Shown in pieces: positions 19,091-28,480 of a DNA stretch of 64,000 bases. This DNA is from a virus, in the IMG/VR virus record IMGVR_UViG_3300025141_016305, positions 32,001 through 96,000 of that record; one strand, written 5' to 3'. The position numbers and the translations under genes were made by a program. Each line of letters begins with the position of its first letter. Position 1 is the first letter of the stretch. The notes under the pieces are model-generated. The model was not told the origin of the DNA. It was given only the letters and a program-made list of their open reading frames with translations, and did not search any database.

Positions 19091-19252
19091 ATTTAAAGTC
19101 TCCTTATGTTGTTTATGGAAAACACAAAGTAAATTTATACTAAATAAAATAAACTGTAGATTATATTAATTGAAGAAACGGTATAGTAAGGTAAGATAAG
19201 GGTAAGAAATAAACAAAACGAGGCGCTACAAATTATATAGTTTTAAAGGCGC

Positions 19253-19465
19253 TCAAGAGAATAGAATTTTTTTAAGATTTCTGACATTGTTATCAAATTT
19301 GCAAAAATCTGAATCTAAAAATTCTAAGGCTGTGATTGCACACTTATTAAAATCATCTTCAAAAACAAAATGAAATTTTCCGGTCTCCAGACGCTTACAT
19401 TCAATAACTTTAAAACCATTTAATTGAAGATAAGCGGCGATTCCGATATCACTTGTTGTATACAT
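19253..19465 (-). CDS. DUF5659-like small protein
   Basis: YTTSDIGIAAYL..NGF......GKFHFVFED pattern. Confidence 0.65.
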   Translation of the reverse strand: MYTTSDIGIAAYLQLNGFKVIECKRLETGKFHFVFEDDFNKCAITALEFLDSDFCKFDNNVRNLKKILFS

Positions 19466-19571
19466 ATCACAAATTACCTCTTTATTGTTGAATTCTTGCT
19501 AAATTCTTACAGCACCGTAAAAGCCAGGTTCAACAAACTAATTAGTGAGATGCATCAAAGAAAGTTTCTCT

Positions 19572-19937
19572 TTACTGATCTTTTCTTATGAAGAAGGCTT
19601 TTTCGCCCCGGCTGGCCGGGAGTTTAAGCTCATACGTTATTGCCCCGTCTATGTTCATAGATTCTTTAAGTTTTCGGCCTTCTTGAATCGCAAAAGCTTC
19701 GGTTTCCCTTAATTGAGTCATAAGTTGAGTTTTAAACTTTTCAAATTGTAAAAAAGCTCTCGATAGCTGTAGCTCGATTTGCGCTGTGACCTCTGTGGCT
19801 TTGTAAATTTGCTCTACTTGTTCCCACTCGACATCAACTACTTCGGAAGTGATTGGTGTCACTTCTTCTTTCTTTTCTTCTTCTCCTGTGGCGTCGAGGC
19901 CACTCAGATTAACTTCTAAATCTTCCATTTTTATCAT
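19572..19937 (-). CDS. Hypothetical acidic coiled-coil protein
   Basis: ORF with AAAGGAG RBS; no family recognised. Confidence 0.6.
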   Translation of the reverse strand: MIKMEDLEVNLSGLDATGEEEKKEEVTPITSEVVDVEWEQVEQIYKATEVTAQIELQLSRAFLQFEKFKTQLMTQLRETEAFAIQEGRKLKESMNIDGAITYELKLPASRGEKAFFIRKDQ

Positions 19938-19992
19938 TTTACTCCTTTCTTAATGTAAAAATTGAATTTTTCATCCACGTAACTAAATTCTA

Positions 19993-21225
19993 CTACTCTA
20001 CTACATAGGTAATATAGAGAGAATCTCCCGCAACTAAATTTTCTGCCAATGTTATTGTGTTTCCACTTATTGTATAGTCGTGGGCACCTCCTACAGCTAA
20101 TATTATACCATTTAGATATAAAGATTCAGTGTTTTCTTTAATATTTCCACCTGTAACTGTGACAACGTTTGCTGGACTTGGAGGATCTTCGCCATCTTCC
20201 TTTAACATCTCTCTAATAACTAAATTATCCTTCAAAGTTTGCGCAAAATTATCAACTGTAATAATATTGCCTGAAACTGTGCCGCTGCCTCCTCCTGTGG
20301 TTCCTGCTGTCACGCCAGATGCTGCAGCAACATTGGAAAAAAATGTTGCAAAGGGTGCCAATTTTTGTGCTTCAAAAGCCGGGATTCCGGCCAGGCCATA
20401 ATATTGGCCATACTCATGTTCTGGCACTTCTTGCAAAGATATTCTTTCTCTAGGTATTTTTACTTCTACTGCGTTTTCTCTAATAGAATAATGTGGCTTT
20501 ACTCTATTATCGCCCTCTCCTACCAAATATCCAACAACTTTTAAGTTAATATTTGTTTCAAATTTTCTTTCCTGAGAGGAATATTCACTTATGTTACTTT
20601 GTTCTTGATAATCCGGCTGAAGGAAGCCTTCGTACCTATGTTCTCCTTCTTTTAGCTTTACAAAATTAATTGTACCAGGTGTTGTTATAAAAGGCAACAT
20701 TAATTCATTCATTTGTTGTTGATATTCTGTTCTTATGGTTATTTCATACACAACTTCAATATTCACCGGCATGGGGGCCGAAACAGTTCTATAAACTACT
20801 TTGGGGTTTGGTCTTGGGTAGTTATTTTGCTTATTCAACCTAAGAGCGTCCGCATTTGCGAATTTTAACGTTTTTTCCTGGTATATCACCCTGCTCACTT
20901 CTAGCGAGCCACCTTGCTTGTCATCAACTTCTGGTATATTTCCTTGAAACGTCCCTGCAGATTTTAGATTTTTTTGAATTGATTTTCTACTAACTGAAAT
21001 TATTGGGAAAACCAACGCCCCAAGATTGTCTCTTATGTCTTTGTCATTCTTTGACAAAAACGCTCTTTCCGAAGTTGCCCACAAAACTGGTACTTTTTTC
21101 CACCCTTTGTTTGTGTTTGTAAACAAATTTAGACCTTCTAAGTAATTTAAAACTGATTTATCAACAGTTTCTATTGTCGATGCCTCGAAATGTAACTTTC
21201 CTATTTGGTCATTATTGTCAGGCAT
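19993..21225 (-). CDS. Tail terminator / sheath stabiliser (gp15-like) with C-terminal beta-domain extension
   Basis: KVPVLW...ER, FPIISVSR and P.PVNI..YEI.I.TEYQQQMN motifs; position after the neck genes. Confidence 0.65.
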   Translation of the reverse strand: MPDNNDQIGKLHFEASTIETVDKSVLNYLEGLNLFTNTNKGWKKVPVLWATSERAFLSKNDKDIRDNLGALVFPIISVSRKSIQKNLKSAGTFQGNIPEVDDKQGGSLEVSRVIYQEKTLKFANADALRLNKQNNYPRPNPKVVYRTVSAPMPVNIEVVYEITIRTEYQQQMNELMLPFITTPGTINFVKLKEGEHRYEGFLQPDYQEQSNISEYSSQERKFETNINLKVVGYLVGEGDNRVKPHYSIRENAVEVKIPRERISLQEVPEHEYGQYYGLAGIPAFEAQKLAPFATFFSNVAAASGVTAGTTGGGSGTVSGNIITVDNFAQTLKDNLVIREMLKEDGEDPPSPANVVTVTGGNIKENTESLYLNGIILAVGGAHDYTISGNTITLAENLVAGDSLYITYVVE

Positions 21226-21709
21226 TAAATAACCCCTCTCTTGCTCTTACACACTCGGCTATAATCTCAAATTTAGAATCAACTTGCCCATAAAGCCAAA
21301 CTGGCTCCTTTAGGGTCAATATCTCATAAAAATTTACGCCATATTGCACAAAATCTCCTTCTCTTACAAACAAGTCTTGGTCCTCTGTAAGTCGCCTCTT
21401 GTGGAAAGACACCGTGATTCTTTCGATTCTATCAATTCCCAATGGTGTAGTGCTTGTATTCTCGCTCTCATATTTCACCATGGCATAAACCCTCACCGGG
21501 TCTAAAAAAGTTTTATCAATCGCTTCACCATAAATGTTGTGAAAATTTGTGTGTTCTAAACTAATGGGATAATATACAACTGTCTGGCCAACAACTCTTT
21601 CAATGATCTCATCATTAACCTGTTTTACAAAATCTTTTTCCTTTTTTCCCGTAAAAAGGGGTGGAGGAGGACTTTCAGGTTGAGACCACTTGTTATCACT
21701 ATTCGACAT
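21218..21709 (-). CDS. Neck / head-closure protein (gp14-like)
   Basis: GQTVVYYPI...NIYGEA..K.F..P and REGDFV...FYEI motifs. Confidence 0.7.
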   Translation of the reverse strand: MSNSDNKWSQPESPPPPLFTGKKEKDFVKQVNDEIIERVVGQTVVYYPISLEHTNFHNIYGEAIDKTFLDPVRVYAMVKYESENTSTTPLGIDRIERITVSFHKRRLTEDQDLFVREGDFVQYGVNFYEILTLKEPVWLYGQVDSKFEIIAECVRAREGLFNA

Positions 21710-21715
21710 AATTTA

Positions 21716-22975
21716 TTACCCCACGTAAATATGATAAGGCACCTTTTCGAGCACTTTTCCTGTATTTTCAACCATTCCGGCATCTTGTTCTGTCAGCTTA
21801 GCGTATGTAAGTTCTGCAAGTGTGGCCTTTAATTCTTCTCTTAATTTCTCTTGTTCATCCTTTCCTTCTGCTATAAGTGCGGTGCCATTTAGGTTAATTG
21901 TTTGTCCGGGCACAGGTACTGTTCCGAATTTTGATCTAATTTGGCCCAAAGTCTCTTTACACAAGGACAAACAAAACCTCCTAATCCACTGCTTTCCAAT
22001 GGCATTGATATTGTTAAATGGCAAATTGCCAATTGGCAAGGTATTCATGTTGTTGACGCCGTCTAGTTCGGCATCGGTCCCAGCCCAGATGTCTTCCCGT
22101 ATAGAAAATTCAATCTTCATCGTACTGGGACTGCTAATATCTGGTGTTGGGTATAATCTGATTTTATTGTTTTGTAGCTCATACGAAAAGTGAGATAATC
22201 TTGTGTATATGGCATCCTCAAAAGCCATGGCTTGTGCTTTATTGTGCCATGTCGGAATTAGTTGAAAAGTAGAATCGTCAGAGAACTGTCCATAGTTATG
22301 TAAATTACCTACAACGTTTAAGCCACCATAATATCCATAAAACCTCCACATCGCATGCGGTGTTTTATAATACACTTTTTTAATTAAAATTCTCTTATTC
22401 CCAACAGAGCCCGAAAACAGCTCTGATGTTCCTACTATATTTTGCAAATCATACTCTTGCACATCTGCTGTAACATCAAAAGACGCTGTATGTTGAACTG
22501 ATGCATTAAGGCCTATTTCTGATCCTATGCCATCTGCAATCCTCCTTGTCATGCTATAGTCGAATTTTGGGTATTTGAGGGCCACATGGTCCCTTCCAAG
22601 CGAAGAACTAAGCGCACCCTCTTGAAGGTTACCTTTTGAGTCAAAAGAGCCCGTAGTGTTGCCTAGTGCGTCTGATAATATATTTGTTGCTTGGTGTATA
22701 TTTACAAGATAAGAATACTCCAACACTGCTTCTTCATACGAAGCATATACATTACCCTCTGTTAATTCTATATCAAGAACATCTCCACCTAATTTCTTAT
22801 ATACATAGGAAACTTGATCAACGGCGCCGGCTAGAAAGTCGCTAGAGTACAGAGGAGAAGTACTATCAGAATAAATTCTATACGGCACAGTTGTATCTAC
22901 GTTATCTGTCGCGCCGGTGACGGGCAGAACGACTGCTGATAGCGTACTAGATGGTGTTAAGGTAGGTAAAGACAT
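21716..22975 (-). CDS. Neck / head-tail adaptor protein (gp13-like)
   Basis: KLGG.V.DIELT, WIRRF.L...KETLGQIRSKF..VP.PG..INLNG..L..EG. Confidence 0.8.
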   Translation of the reverse strand: MSLPTLTPSSTLSAVVLPVTGATDNVDTTVPYRIYSDSTSPLYSSDFLAGAVDQVSYVYKKLGGDVLDIELTEGNVYASYEEAVLEYSYLVNIHQATNILSDALGNTTGSFDSKGNLQEGALSSSLGRDHVALKYPKFDYSMTRRIADGIGSEIGLNASVQHTASFDVTADVQEYDLQNIVGTSELFSGSVGNKRILIKKVYYKTPHAMWRFYGYYGGLNVVGNLHNYGQFSDDSTFQLIPTWHNKAQAMAFEDAIYTRLSHFSYELQNNKIRLYPTPDISSPSTMKIEFSIREDIWAGTDAELDGVNNMNTLPIGNLPFNNINAIGKQWIRRFCLSLCKETLGQIRSKFGTVPVPGQTINLNGTALIAEGKDEQEKLREELKATLAELTYAKLTEQDAGMVENTGKVLEKVPYHIYVG

Positions 22976-23036
22976 GCATAAGTCCTCGCAAGTTACAGTT
23001 TATCAATATAACTAGTTCTTGAAAGAAACAAATACT

Positions 23037-23387
23037 CTATGCGCTTGTTTTTGTTTTGGTGGCACGTGATTTACGAGCCGTAGAGGCAGTCTTCTTTGCG
23101 GCTGGTTTAGTTATCTTGGGTTTTCTTACCCTCTTCGGCTTTTCGACTTTTGGTTTCTCTGTGGCGGCCGGTTCGTCGTTTTTAACCGTTTGCTTTAAAG
23201 CATTGATTCTTGGCTTAACAGTTTCTTCTACTTTCTCGACCACTTCTTGAGCTACCTCTTGAATGGTCTCTTGAACTGTTTCAACGGTTTCTTCTATTTG
23301 TCCGCGCAGTCTTGCAACTGTTTTTCTAAATGCCAATGCTTTCGCAGCGTACTTTGGACTTCTTAACTTTCTTGATTTCTTTCCCAT
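23037..23387 (-). CDS. Basic protein with histone-H1-like Lys/Ala/Pro C-terminus (116 aa; start revised from 23477)
   Basis: ATG at 23387 has an AAAGGAG RBS; the longer ORF-track start would span a terminator and promoter motif. C-terminus is KPKVEKPKRVRKPKITKPAAKKTASTARKSRATKTKTSA. Confidence 0.7.
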   Translation of the reverse strand: MGKKSRKLRSPKYAAKALAFRKTVARLRGQIEETVETVQETIQEVAQEVVEKVEETVKPRINALKQTVKNDEPAATEKPKVEKPKRVRKPKITKPAAKKTASTARKSRATKTKTSA

Positions 23388-23428
23388 GGGGAACTCCTTT
23401 CTTGTTATATTATAAATAGGTTGGATAT

Positions 23429-23462
23429 AAAAAAACCCCCAACCAAGATTGGAAGGGGGTTT
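23429..23462 (-). terminator. Rho-independent terminator
   Basis: AAACCCCC-TTCCAATCTTGGTT-GGGGGTTT followed by a T-run on the minus strand. Confidence 0.8.
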
Positions 23463-23497
23463 AGTCGATAAATTCATACCCTACAGAGTATTAAGTA

Positions 23498-24118
23498 TCA
23501 AACAGCGCTTCCTGCAAACGTTGCATTTGCGACCCCGGTACCCAAAGCAACGCCCTGCCAACAAATTCTCCAGAAACCGTCTGTAGCGCAGTAGAAAGCT
23601 AATTCTGCCCCTACATTGCTCTGGTTATTTGTCGCTGTCATGGAAATCGTAAGCGTGTTATGTGTTGCTGCGATCGTAGCTATCTTGCCGAGTGTCTGCG
23701 TGGTTGTAAAGTCCGTTCCAAAAACCCGCGGGCCCACTGCACCAGCACCCGCTCCAAGTGTCGGCAAATTCAGCGTTTGTGCGGCGAAGAAATCGCCGGA
23801 GTTTGTAGTGACGACTAGGTTAGAACCACCAGCGTTCTGGGCCGTCATCTTCATCACGACTAACGCACCCGCTGTTGCATCTGGCAGCGCTAAGGCATTG
23901 CCTGCATCGCCAAGGGCGGCACATTCGTGTAGTGTATTCACTGTAAATGTGAACCCAGTGTCGCAATTAGCGTCTGTTTTTGTTAACAGTGAAAGACCAC
24001 TGTAATCTCCGGAGATAAATCTCCACAAGTTCGATGTAGAAGCTTTGTGGTTCAAATCTCTCTTCAAATTCTCTATTAGTGCCTCGACTCTTGCGAGTCC
24101 TACTCTTTTAGTACCCAT
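23498..24118 (-). CDS. Probable capsid decoration / head fibre protein
   Basis: Directly downstream of the MCP; N-terminal helix (MGTKRVGLARVEALIENLKRDL) then an Ala/Thr/Gly-rich beta domain (LALPDATAGA). Confidence 0.5.
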   Translation of the reverse strand: MGTKRVGLARVEALIENLKRDLNHKASTSNLWRFISGDYSGLSLLTKTDANCDTGFTFTVNTLHECAALGDAGNALALPDATAGALVVMKMTAQNAGGSNLVVTTNSGDFFAAQTLNLPTLGAGAGAVGPRVFGTDFTTTQTLGKIATIAATHNTLTISMTATNNQSNVGAELAFYCATDGFWRICWQGVALGTGVANATFAGSAV

Positions 24119-24204
24119 ATTTATAACCCTCCATTGGTTTTACCATTTATAATCATGTCATGAAACTGGGTAGTATCATTACAATCATTATTAACTAGTG
24201 CTAG

Positions 24205-24243
24205 AAAAAACGAAACCCCCAGCCAAATTAATGACCGGGGGCT
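24205..24243 (-). terminator. Rho-independent terminator after the major capsid gene
   Basis: GCCCCCGGTCA-loop-TGGCTGGGGGT followed by TTCGTTTTTT on the minus strand. Confidence 0.75.
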
Positions 24244-24274
24244 CTGTTGTTCTAATCGCTAAATTTAATAGCTA

Positions 24275-26020
24275 TTAGGCTGTTGCACCTGCCTCACCAA
24301 GGAGACCACGTACGATAACGAGACCATACATATCTGGTCGAACCATCTTCTTCGCATAGCGCGTCATGACGCCCTTACGAGGCACGAAATCTTCCGTGCC
24401 GAAAATGGTAGGTGTGACCTGGAGTGGTACATACGGGGCGTATACAAATCCACTTTCGAGGAAGCTACTACCCTTTCTACCAACAAGGACAAGGTTACGG
24501 ATGAAGTAAGGATCGACATAAACATCGAATTTCTTACTCAAGCTACCCGCCTTGACAGCGCCGATGGTACCACGATCCTGATCGGCGGTTACGCTTGCGC
24601 GGAAACCACTTGTGAATTCAAGAATGTTGGCAACCTCAGGAGAACAAACAACAAAGTTTGCTCCGCCTCGGAGTGTCTTACGGTGGATCTGAGCGCTGAC
24701 ATCGTTGATAGTCTCAATGAGTGTCTCATACCACTCACTGACTGTACCAGTGAAGTCAGGCGCAGCAGAACTTGCACCAATCTCAGCACCTGTGCTATTA
24801 ACGAACAGGCCTGGGGATCGGCTCCAGTAACGAGTACCAGCTGATGCACCTTCAACAAGCTCACTAAGAAGCTCACGATCAATCTCAAGAGCAATCTGCT
24901 CAGAAAGAATGCCGGTAAGCTCAACCTCAGCATCCAAGTTGTGATAAGCATTAAGGTCCTGGCCAAGCTCAGGGGTCCATTTTGCCTTCAGTTTCTTGGT
25001 CTGCGCGGTGACAGCGATGCTATCAACCTTGATGTCAATTTCGGCAATACTTGTAGTGCCTTGCGCGGCGCCAGAAGCCTTAGCTCCGCCAAGAGAGCCG
25101 CCTGCAGGGGTTGGTTCTTCAAGTCCCCATATACCATGAGTAACAGAACCAGCTTCACCACCACTTTCAAAAGTGTCGGCTACTGGATATTCACATCTCA
25201 TCACTCCTGTACTGGCTGCAACTCCACCGTCATCAGCAACAATGGTTACGGTAACCTTTCCGGTGGATGAGGAGTAGCTAGTCAATCGACGAACGATGGT
25301 GTCGTTGTCGGCCAAGCCTGTCAATACCAAACCGGCGAGCGCACCTTTATCAAGTCTTGTAGGAGCATCAAAAATGTACTGCTCAACCTGTGTGCTATCA
25401 GTAAGGGCTAGCAAGTCAGCATCATAACGAATCAACTTCTTATTAGCCTCGGTAACGCTGCCATTTAGAGCAAATTGAACTGCCCCAGCTGTTGGGTCGG
25501 CCAAGGTAACCATTACTGAACCTGTAGGAGCAGACAATTGATTACCAAAGTTGTAGTGACCACCTGCGCCGGCGTCATTGAAAGAAGCAAGCGGATCAGA
25601 AAGATCAACACCGCCTGTTAACTGAGCACCGACCACGTTACCACCATACACTGAAAGGGCATCAACTGCTCCAAGCCTGGTGTCACTGTGTGTGAAGTCA
25701 AGGAAAAAGATGAGGCCGCTTGGCAAGCTCATTGGCTGAACCGAAACGAGATCATTTGCGATCAACCCGCCGAATACACGACGGACGATCGGGAAAGCAA
25801 CTGCAGCGAAGCCTTCGACATCGCCTGCAGACATCGCAGAAGCCTCGCGAAGAAGCTCCTTTGCCTGGTTTTCGAGAAGAACTGCCATACCTTGCTTCTG
25901 CTGGCCGTCATCTAGGCCTTCGAGCAAGCCGGTAGCTTCCCATTTGTTTAGAAGTGCTGCTCCTTCTGCGCGAAGATCGCGAGACTGAACTCCTTCTGTT
26001 AATTTTTGTAAAATAGACAT
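24275..26020 (-). CDS. Major capsid protein (T4 gp23-like)
   Basis: LLENQ, FPIVRRVF, VSVQPMSLPSGLIFFL, TKKLKAKWTPELGQDLNAYH.LDAE.EL, EIDRE, YAPYVPL and F.PRKGVMTRY. Confidence 0.97.
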   Translation of the reverse strand: MSILQKLTEGVQSRDLRAEGAALLNKWEATGLLEGLDDGQQKQGMAVLLENQAKELLREASAMSAGDVEGFAAVAFPIVRRVFGGLIANDLVSVQPMSLPSGLIFFLDFTHSDTRLGAVDALSVYGGNVVGAQLTGGVDLSDPLASFNDAGAGGHYNFGNQLSAPTGSVMVTLADPTAGAVQFALNGSVTEANKKLIRYDADLLALTDSTQVEQYIFDAPTRLDKGALAGLVLTGLADNDTIVRRLTSYSSSTGKVTVTIVADDGGVAASTGVMRCEYPVADTFESGGEAGSVTHGIWGLEEPTPAGGSLGGAKASGAAQGTTSIAEIDIKVDSIAVTAQTKKLKAKWTPELGQDLNAYHNLDAEVELTGILSEQIALEIDRELLSELVEGASAGTRYWSRSPGLFVNSTGAEIGASSAAPDFTGTVSEWYETLIETINDVSAQIHRKTLRGGANFVVCSPEVANILEFTSGFRASVTADQDRGTIGAVKAGSLSKKFDVYVDPYFIRNLVLVGRKGSSFLESGFVYAPYVPLQVTPTIFGTEDFVPRKGVMTRYAKKMVRPDMYGLVIVRGLLGEAGATA

Positions 26021-26047
26021 TATAAAATCACCTCCTTTTCTATAGAT

Positions 26048-27175
26048 TTATGTTGTCTTTATGCCTGCCAATCTTTGCATTCTATTGAATAAAGGGTTGG
26101 CATCCTTTTGGTTTTGCTCTTTTCGAGCTGCGACAAGTAGTGAAGACTTCCTTGAAACCATTTCACTTAATGTTGTTTCTTTCCTGTCGACTTTGGAAGA
26201 GGCAACGTTTTCGCTTAATGTCTCAAATACAATCTTTGCTTCTTGTACTGTTGCGGCTTTCGAAATGGCTTCGACAACTTTCTTTCTTTGTCGCTCATTC
26301 AGGGAGGCATTCTCTAGAGCCTGGTTAATATACAACAACTTTGCATTGGAAACATTCATGGTTTCCAATTTTTCTTGCAGAGTATCAAATGCTGTATTAT
26401 AATTTTCGTTCTGCGCCTTTAACTTAGTGGCGGCAGAAACTAGAACTTTGTTTTCTTTTTGTAAGGCTGCAACTGTTTTTCGCAGCTCTTCGTTTTCTTC
26501 TTTTACTTTAGTATCTTGTTCGCGAGCGAGGAGCATCTGCTCGTACTCTCTCATGATGGTTTCAGGAGTTCCTGCCCATCCGGATTTTTGTGGTTCAAAA
26601 TCGACCCTTACGGCTTCCATAACCTCTTCGAGATCGATTTCTTCATCAATATCCATTTCCTGGAGGACTTCTGCAACCATTGCTGGGGTGATATCTACTC
26701 CAACATCTGCAACTGGTGCGGGCTCTGCTTCGAAAGAAGGTGCGGTTTCTATATCGGCAACGTCAGCGACAAATTCATCATCGTCTATATTAATTCCAAT
26801 TTCATCCTCTTCAACCTCGCCATCGAGGGCCCTTTCGTTCTCGTCTTCTATATCCGCTTCCAGCGAATCCAGCTTAATATTAATAATTTCGTCATCGTCA
26901 TCCGTCATAAAAGCATCGGGAATGTTACTTATAATTGAATCCGCACCAAAGTCTATCTCTGAATCTTCTTGATCAATTGGCTCTTCTTCTAATTGCGTCT
27001 GGTCGTCACCGAAGAGATCATCCATTGCAACTTCTTCTTCTGCTTCGAGGAGTCTAGACATTGCTTGTTTTATTTCATCAGAGTATTTCTCAACAACGAG
27101 TTGTTCTGCATTTTTAAGTGCAGCTTCCTTTAAGGCGGTGGCGTCTATAATAGCTCTTTCAAGTAGATTTGACAT
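26048..27175 (-). CDS. Prohead core / scaffolding protein (gp22-like role)
   Basis: Very acidic N-half, coiled-coil C-half ending RMQRLAGI; directly upstream of the MCP. Confidence 0.75.
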   Translation of the reverse strand: MSNLLERAIIDATALKEAALKNAEQLVVEKYSDEIKQAMSRLLEAEEEVAMDDLFGDDQTQLEEEPIDQEDSEIDFGADSIISNIPDAFMTDDDDEIINIKLDSLEADIEDENERALDGEVEEDEIGINIDDDEFVADVADIETAPSFEAEPAPVADVGVDITPAMVAEVLQEMDIDEEIDLEEVMEAVRVDFEPQKSGWAGTPETIMREYEQMLLAREQDTKVKEENEELRKTVAALQKENKVLVSAATKLKAQNENYNTAFDTLQEKLETMNVSNAKLLYINQALENASLNERQRKKVVEAISKAATVQEAKIVFETLSENVASSKVDRKETTLSEMVSRKSSLLVAARKEQNQKDANPLFNRMQRLAGIKTT

Positions 27176-27230
27176 GTTTTAGCTCCTAACATTAATAAAA
27201 AACGATTAAACGAAATAATCCTATCTCTAA

Positions 27231-27239
27231 ATAAATAGT
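27231..27239 (-). promoter_or_regulatory. Representative copy of recurrent late-promoter-like motif ACTA(T/G/A)TTA(T/A), upstream of scaffold/MCP
   Basis: Similar copies at 11148, 16642, 16662, 19538, 23008, 23412, 24191, 32060, 36108, 36126, 41355 and 47087, each shortly upstream of a minus-strand gene. Confidence 0.65.
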
Positions 27240-27277
27240 TGTGTGAGTTTTAAAACGGAAGGAAAAATTTTTCGACC

Positions 27278-28471
27278 CTAAAAGGTGCTGGTAGCCGCGG
27301 CAAAAAGGTCCGTGGCCAGAAGGTCGTCTTCCCCGGTTGATTTAAAGTAGACTCTATCAACACCAGATACTTCAAAAACATGAACCATATCCACTGTTGC
27401 GTCTTCTGTTAGTAACTTTACCTGAGTTCCACCTGTATCATATAGGAGAGACCACGTGCCGGTAGCATGGCTGTACCCATAGGCAGTTATTTCGTGATCC
27501 TTATCATTTTGCTCTGCCTTCCAGCGAAGATGAAGAAACCTCTGGTTCTCTGTCACATACCCAGCAGAGGCTCCAGCTGGATCTATTTTCGGCATTGCTC
27601 CGGAGATACCGCCATGTATATAAACGCCATGATCTCCTGCTACATTTTTTGGCTGCCTAGTTCTTCCCCAGCTTGTATAGACGTGACCTTCTGGTCTGAT
27701 TCGATCCGTAGGCAAAGATGGAACTGCGATGATTGCAGCATCTGCCTGTAAAGTTCCGTGGTTGACACCTTTATAATCCTTTATTCCGGCAGTACCAGGA
27801 GCGTCTTGGTCATCTCCCAGTTTCCACCAGCTAATCAGATTGCTATAAGTTGTTGCCTTTGTCATATCCTTAACTTTGCCAGAATTATATATTTCGGCAA
27901 CCTCTGTTGCTGTCAGTTCTTTATCAAATATACACACATCTGCCATTTTATCCTCAAAATAACCATCGCCATTATCATAGCCACCAATAGTAAAAGCAGT
28001 TCCATCGTTGCGCATTTGGACATAAATTCCACCATTAGCATTGGTTTGATGAATTGCGTCGGCGGCGCCGTTAATATAAATCTTTAAGCCGTTTTCGGAC
28101 TTTGAGCCATCATAAGTGCCAACAACATGATACCATGTTGAATCCGCAATGGGAGTGCCTGCTGAGGCGGCCATCAGTCGACAGTTGCCAACGCCGACAT
28201 CATATAAATAAAAGAGAATTTTACTGTTCGACCCTCGGGCGATTATGTATTCGTGCTCAACGTTATCGACATGCGCGATGCCTGCTATATGGCTGGCGCT
28301 GGCGTCGTCACTCACATCTGCGACGAATATCCAGGCAGATATTGAAAAAGGCTTTTCAGTTGCTCCTGCTTGACCGAAACTTAATTTTGAGCGGTCAGAA
28401 CTGTTGGTTACTGTTATTTTGTCGCCGGCGCCGTCGAATTTTATTGCGTTTAAATTGACTCTTTTAGACAT
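27278..28471 (-). CDS. LamG/concanavalin A-like lectin domain fused to a C-terminal virion domain
   Basis: FSISAWI, WYHVVGTYDG, KIYING, DVCIFDKELTATEVAEIYN and LISWWKL; C-terminal ~130 aa paralogous to 28481-28891. Confidence 0.8.
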   Translation of the reverse strand: MSKRVNLNAIKFDGAGDKITVTNSSDRSKLSFGQAGATEKPFSISAWIFVADVSDDASASHIAGIAHVDNVEHEYIIARGSNSKILFYLYDVGVGNCRLMAASAGTPIADSTWYHVVGTYDGSKSENGLKIYINGAADAIHQTNANGGIYVQMRNDGTAFTIGGYDNGDGYFEDKMADVCIFDKELTATEVAEIYNSGKVKDMTKATTYSNLISWWKLGDDQDAPGTAGIKDYKGVNHGTLQADAAIIAVPSLPTDRIRPEGHVYTSWGRTRQPKNVAGDHGVYIHGGISGAMPKIDPAGASAGYVTENQRFLHLRWKAEQNDKDHEITAYGYSHATGTWSLLYDTGGTQVKLLTEDATVDMVHVFEVSGVDRVYFKSTGEDDLLATDLFAAATSTF

Positions 28472-28480
28472 TATGGACCC

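Noticed and set aside
23388-23477. N-terminal 30 codons of the ORF-track 146-aa protein
   Set aside because: They span a terminator and a late motif; the ATG at 23387 has the RBS.
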